Assembly (NCBI GenBank): GCA_045535075.1
Contig: JAZSKX010000014.1
Coordinates: forward strand, 32,001-96,000
Source of the DNA: Candidatus Spyradenecus sp.
Lineage (GTDB): Bacteria > Verrucomicrobiota > Verrucomicrobiia > Opitutales > UBA953
Length of the DNA: 64,000 nucleotides
Direction: 5' to 3'
In this document: positions 60,175 through 64,000 of the stretch, in pieces
How the letters are laid out: every line of letters begins with the position of its first letter
Position numbering within the stretch: position 1 is the first letter of the stretch
Program-made: the position numbers and the translations under genes
The notes under the pieces: generated by a model
Told to the model about the DNA's origin: nothing
Databases searched by the model: none
Seen by the model: only the letters and a program-made list of their open reading frames with translations

Positions 60175-60794
60175 TTGCCGAGAGCGACGCGGACGAGCGT
60201 TTCCGTCGAAGCCGAGGCGCCGCATTTTTGAAGCGCTTGGCGAACCGCTTTGTCTGCTTGGTCGAGTTTGAATCCGAGCGCTGTCAGCGCGGCGACGGCA
60301 TCGGCTTGCGCTGAAGGCGCTTCCGAAACCGGAGGAAGCGGCGTTCCCGTGACACCGGAAGTTCCCGCCGCAACGGCGGATTTTTTGACAACTCCGATTT
60401 TGTCGCGCAATTCGACGACGAGCCTTTCCGCAGTTTTTTTCCCGATCCCGGGGCACTGCGAGAGCTGGGCAATGTCGCTATTTTGAATCGCGTGCTGCAA
60501 GACGGGCAGGGAAAGGCGGGAGAAAATTTTTAGCGCGGTGCCGGGGCCGATGCCGCTGACTTTTTCTACCAGCATCTTGAAAAAATCGCGTTCCTCTGCA
60601 GAAGAAAATCCGTAGAGCGATTGCCCGTCTTCGCGAAATGTTTGCAGAGTGAAGAGCCGGACGTTGCCGCCGATGTCCGGAAGTTTTTCCGCGGTCGAAA
60701 CGGGAATGTTGACTTCGTAGCCGACTCCGGCGCATTCGATTACGGCGCGAAAAATGCCTGCTTCAATGAGTTTTCCGTTTAGGGAGACAATCAT
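60171..60794 (-). CDS. ruvA: Holliday junction branch migration protein RuvA
   Basis: GVGYEV, REDGQSLYGF, VSGIGP, PGIGKKTAERLVVELRDK, AL.ALGF. Confidence 0.95.
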   Translation of the reverse strand: MIVSLNGKLIEAGIFRAVIECAGVGYEVNIPVSTAEKLPDIGGNVRLFTLQTFREDGQSLYGFSSAEERDFFKMLVEKVSGIGPGTALKIFSRLSLPVLQHAIQNSDIAQLSQCPGIGKKTAERLVVELRDKIGVVKKSAVAAGTSGVTGTPLPPVSEAPSAQADAVAALTALGFKLDQADKAVRQALQKCGASASTETLVRVALGN

Positions 60795-61804
60795 GATTTT
60801 CCTTTGTAGATATTTACTAAGTCCGAAAATGCTTCGTCGGGATTGATGGCGGGCGCGTAGCCCAAATCGCGCCGGATCGCATCGATTTTAAACCAATGAT
60901 TTTTGGAGAGTTCCGACGCAACGAAGCGCGTCATCGGAGGTTCGCCTGCCACGGCGAAAATTTTCCAAAACGTTTCGAGAAGCGTTCCCGCAAAGTAGGC
61001 GGCTTTGAACGGCACGGCAGCTTCCGCGCGCAAACGGGACAGACCGATTGCCTCAAGAAAACGGTTGATCCAATCCCAAAGAACGACGGGCGATCCGTCC
61101 GAAACAAAATAGGCGTTCCCGCAAGCTTGCGTTTCTTCCCGAAAAAGCGATTCCGCCGCGAGCAAGTGTGCGTGTGCGGCATTTTCGACGTGCGTCAGGT
61201 CCACTTTATTTTTCCCGTTGCCGACAATGCGCAGTTTGCCTTGCGCAGCTTGCTCGACGACGCGCGGAATCAGGTGCGGATCTCCCGGCCCCCAAATCAG
61301 ATGCGGGCGAATGGAAATCGTCCGAAGCGAATTGCCGTCTGCCGCGCGCACGCGTTGTTCGGCTTCCGCCTTGCTTGCCGCGTAATGGCTCAGTTTTGAA
61401 CGACAATACGGGAGCGTTTCGTCGCCGCCCTCGATTTCGCATTCGTTGAACGTAACGCTCGGCGTGCTTGTGTAAACGAGTTTAGCAACTCCGGCGGCGC
61501 AGCAGGCATCCAAAACATTTTGCGTTCCCGCGACATTGACTTTGAAAAATGATTTGTGCGAGCCCCAAACGCCGGCTTTGGCGGCGACATGAAATACGAG
61601 ATCCGTTCCCGCGAAAATTTCTTTGAGCGCGTCGGCATCGCCGGAAATATCCGTTCGGACAAATTCTATGCCGGGAGTCGCGGCAAGATCCGGTTGCTCG
61701 CTTCGTCCGATGGCGCGCACCTGCCAGCCGCGGGAAAGGCAATGGCGAATAATGGCTCTTCCGAGGAATCCGCCTCCGCCCGTAACCGCAATTTTTTTAC
61801 TCAT
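60791..61804 (-). CDS. NAD-dependent 3-beta-hydroxysteroid-dehydrogenase-like SDR (OleD-like)
   Basis: VTGGGGFLG, HVAAKAGVWG, YTSTPSV, HYAASKA, RPHLIWGPGDPHL. Confidence 0.82.
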   Translation of the reverse strand: MSKKIAVTGGGGFLGRAIIRHCLSRGWQVRAIGRSEQPDLAATPGIEFVRTDISGDADALKEIFAGTDLVFHVAAKAGVWGSHKSFFKVNVAGTQNVLDACCAAGVAKLVYTSTPSVTFNECEIEGGDETLPYCRSKLSHYAASKAEAEQRVRAADGNSLRTISIRPHLIWGPGDPHLIPRVVEQAAQGKLRIVGNGKNKVDLTHVENAAHAHLLAAESLFREETQACGNAYFVSDGSPVVLWDWINRFLEAIGLSRLRAEAAVPFKAAYFAGTLLETFWKIFAVAGEPPMTRFVASELSKNHWFKIDAIRRDLGYAPAINPDEAFSDLVNIYKGKS

Positions 61805-61952
61805 AGAAAAAACATAACTCATCGGGCAATTTCTAGAAATTCAAAATTTTATAAGAAAGCCCCGTTCCCTGCGTCGAAAGCGAAAGCTTCCCTTTGAGGC
61901 TTGTTTTTATTCGGGAAAACAAGATTAAATCTGTGAAAAACTCCATTCCGCC

Positions 61953-63035
61953 ATGCACGCAATTGACGAAATAATCGAACACGCTTACAAAACAACGGAT
62001 TTTCCCGCACTCAATTTCCAGACGGAAACGTGGGCAAAAAATCGCCCGCTCGACGGCTTGCGCATTATTGATGCGTCGCCGATTTTCCGTAATACGCTTA
62101 CAAAATATCGTGCGCTGATTGCGGCGGGAGCACAACTTTCCGTCGGATTGACCGAGCTGTTCCCGCATGACCCGAAAATCAAAAAAATGCTCGAAGAGGC
62201 AGGCGTTCCCGTGGTTCGCAATGACGGACAAACATTCGACGTTGACCTGATTTTAGATAACGCCGGATCGTTTTCCGCGTGGTCGCCGCGACTCGGATAC
62301 GTTGAGCTGACACGCTCCGGAGCCGAGAAATATGCCGTTGCGGAAAAACCTGTTTTCTTTGCGGATGGCGGCCGGATTAAACGCATTGAAACCTGTCTCG
62401 GAACCGGCGAAGGTTTTTACCGCGCGATGGAACAGCTTGGCTACGCCGATTGGAACGGGAAAAAACTGCTTGTGTTCGGTAGCGGAAAGGTCGGCTCCGG
62501 GCTTGTCTTTTATGCGAAACGTAAAGGCGCGCATGTTACCGTTGTTTCTGACCCGGCAAGCGCGACTCCGCTGGTGCGTTCCCGCGCCGACGCAATTATT
62601 GATTTTCGCGATGAAGCTGCCGTGATTGCCGCCGTTTCCGATGCCTTTGCCGTTGTTTCCGCAACCGGAGTTTGCGGCGCGCACGACCGGGGAAGCCTTC
62701 CCGAAGCGCTCGCGGCTTCGTCGGCATTGCTCGCAAATATGGGCGTGGAAGACGAGTTCGGACCGCGCGTTCCCGCAACGCGTGTTTTGGGAGAGAAAAA
62801 ATCTCTGAATTTTTTCCTCGAAGAACCGACGCACTTGCGCTACATCGACGCGACTTTGGCGCTTCACAATGCGGGAGCGGTTTTTCTCGCAAAACATGCG
62901 GGAACTCTTGCATCCGGTTTGTTGACCCCGCCGGAAAGCGTTGAAGAGGAAATTCTGCGCATTACGCGGGAACGCGGAATTATCGCGGAAGAAATGAAAA
63001 TTCTCGGCGAGCTTGAAGACGGAAAGAAAGCTTAA
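61953..63035 (+). CDS. Divergent S-adenosylhomocysteine hydrolase-like NAD-binding protein
   Basis: RPLDGLRI, LILDNAG, ELTRSG, IKRIETCLGTGEG, VFGSGKVG.G, SATG, NMG.EDEF. Confidence 0.7.
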   Translation: MHAIDEIIEHAYKTTDFPALNFQTETWAKNRPLDGLRIIDASPIFRNTLTKYRALIAAGAQLSVGLTELFPHDPKIKKMLEEAGVPVVRNDGQTFDVDLILDNAGSFSAWSPRLGYVELTRSGAEKYAVAEKPVFFADGGRIKRIETCLGTGEGFYRAMEQLGYADWNGKKLLVFGSGKVGSGLVFYAKRKGAHVTVVSDPASATPLVRSRADAIIDFRDEAAVIAAVSDAFAVVSATGVCGAHDRGSLPEALAASSALLANMGVEDEFGPRVPATRVLGEKKSLNFFLEEPTHLRYIDATLALHNAGAVFLAKHAGTLASGLLTPPESVEEEILRITRERGIIAEEMKILGELEDGKKA

Positions 63036-63150
63036 AACTCAAAGATTAGAGGCGGAAGAGTTCTCAGACAATTTTCCTCTCCGCTCTCGCTTTTCTTGCA
63101 TGTCTGCAACCGGCAGAGTAAATTTCCCGCGAAGTTTAATGACATAAATT

Positions 63151-64000
63151 ATGAAAATTTCTGAAAAAATCGGAGTCCTGAAATTCGGATTCTGTATTCT
63201 TGTTTTACTTACATTATCCGGAATTTGCGCGCTAGCGGAAGATTTGCGCGTCCGTATCTCGCCCGGACGAGTCACGGAAAATCAAATGGCGCATCTCAAT
63301 ATTTATAGCGACGACGGCGGAAAAATTAGGATTAATGCGCTCCCGCAGGTCGACGGTTTAACGTGGCATCCGAATGTGACGGGTTCGCAAACAACGATTG
63401 TCAACGGAAAGCTTTCTTCTTCTGTCAGTATCGGCTTCACGGTTTCTCGGGCCGGCGAGGTTGTCATTCCGCGAATTCAACTTGAAACACCCGAAGGAAA
63501 ACAGTTTACGCAGTCCGTGAAATTTACGGTCGGCAAACTTTCTACGGGAATGTTTCGCGAAGACGGAACGGAAATGCCGCTTTCCGAAGCCGTTTTTTTG
63601 CACATTCAGCCGCAGGACCAAACGCGCACGACCTATTTTGTCGGAGAAGAAATTCCGCTTTACGTCGCCGCGCTTTCGCGTCCTGACATTAATGTTTCTT
63701 TGAATGCGGCGCCGCAACTCGGCGGGAACGACTCCGCGTTCACCGCTACGGAACGCGGGGCGACGCGTCAGGAAGTGCGTTTCCGTGGTGAAGCTTACAA
63801 CGCGTCCTTATTTCTCTTTGATTTACGCGCGATGAAAACCGGGAAATTCGACATCGTGTTTTCCGCAACGGCGTCTTGCGTTTTCGGCGGCGCGCGCGAC
63901 CCGTTTGAAGAACAATTCTTCGGAGGAAGTCTTCGCGTGAGCGGACTCGGATTCGGGATGTCCGGCGGGAATCGCGTCGCGCTCCCGCTCAAAGGAGAGC
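63151..64000 (+). CDS. BatD-family (oxygen tolerance) exported protein; runs off the right edge; not in the ORF track
   Basis: Manual translation from ATG 63151 stays open to the end: signal peptide, SQTTIVNGK.SSS...AG.VVIP, YFVGEEIP, DPFEEQFFG. Confidence 0.75.
   Translation, partial: MKISEKIGVLKFGFCILVLLTLSGICALAEDLRVRISPGRVTENQMAHLNIYSDDGGKIRINALPQVDGLTWHPNVTGSQTTIVNGKLSSSVSIGFTVSRAGEVVIPRIQLETPEGKQFTQSVKFTVGKLSTGMFREDGTEMPLSEAVFLHIQPQDQTRTTYFVGEEIPLYVAALSRPDINVSLNAAPQLGGNDSAFTATERGATRQEVRFRGEAYNASLFLFDLRAMKTGKFDIVFSATASCVFGGARDPFEEQFFGGSLRVSGLGFGMSGGNRVALPLKGE

Noticed and set aside
23928..60794. ruvA and ruvC separated with ruvB absent; gmhA and gmhB separated
   Set aside because: Ordinary gene-order shuffling; absence from one window says nothing about the genome.
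63039..63992. Short - strand ORFs at the right edge
   Set aside because: Antisense to the open + strand BatD-like frame starting at 63151.

Overview
This is a gene-dense housekeeping region of a bacterial chromosome, inferred from gene content to be a Verrucomicrobiota (Opitutales-like), probably gut/anaerobic organism. It holds about 50 CDSs, including rarA, speA, ilvE, ptsI, pyrG, slyD, thrS, dut, metY, prlC, a P1B ATPase, pyrE, ruvC, ispA, galE, murF, sdhCAB, nadC, trpS, purL, truB, rpoZ, smpB, rph, murA, gmhA, gmhB, nth and ruvA. Two genes run off the window edges and are absent from the ORF track: a TIGR03663-type membrane glycosyltransferase (1-1538) and a BatD-family protein (63151-64000). 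No rRNA, tRNA, CRISPR array or transposase was seen. The most striking signal is a non-palindromic motif, (G/A)CGGGAACG, reverse complement CGTTCCCG(C/T). A by-eye tally gives roughly 220 copies of its 7-mer core against about 8 expected by chance. Copies fall on both strands, inside genes in all frames, and as inverted pairs forming many intrinsic terminators. This architecture matches DNA uptake sequences (DUS/USS) of Neisseriaceae and Pasteurellaceae, but the sequence is unrelated and the lineage is not one where I know of such a system.
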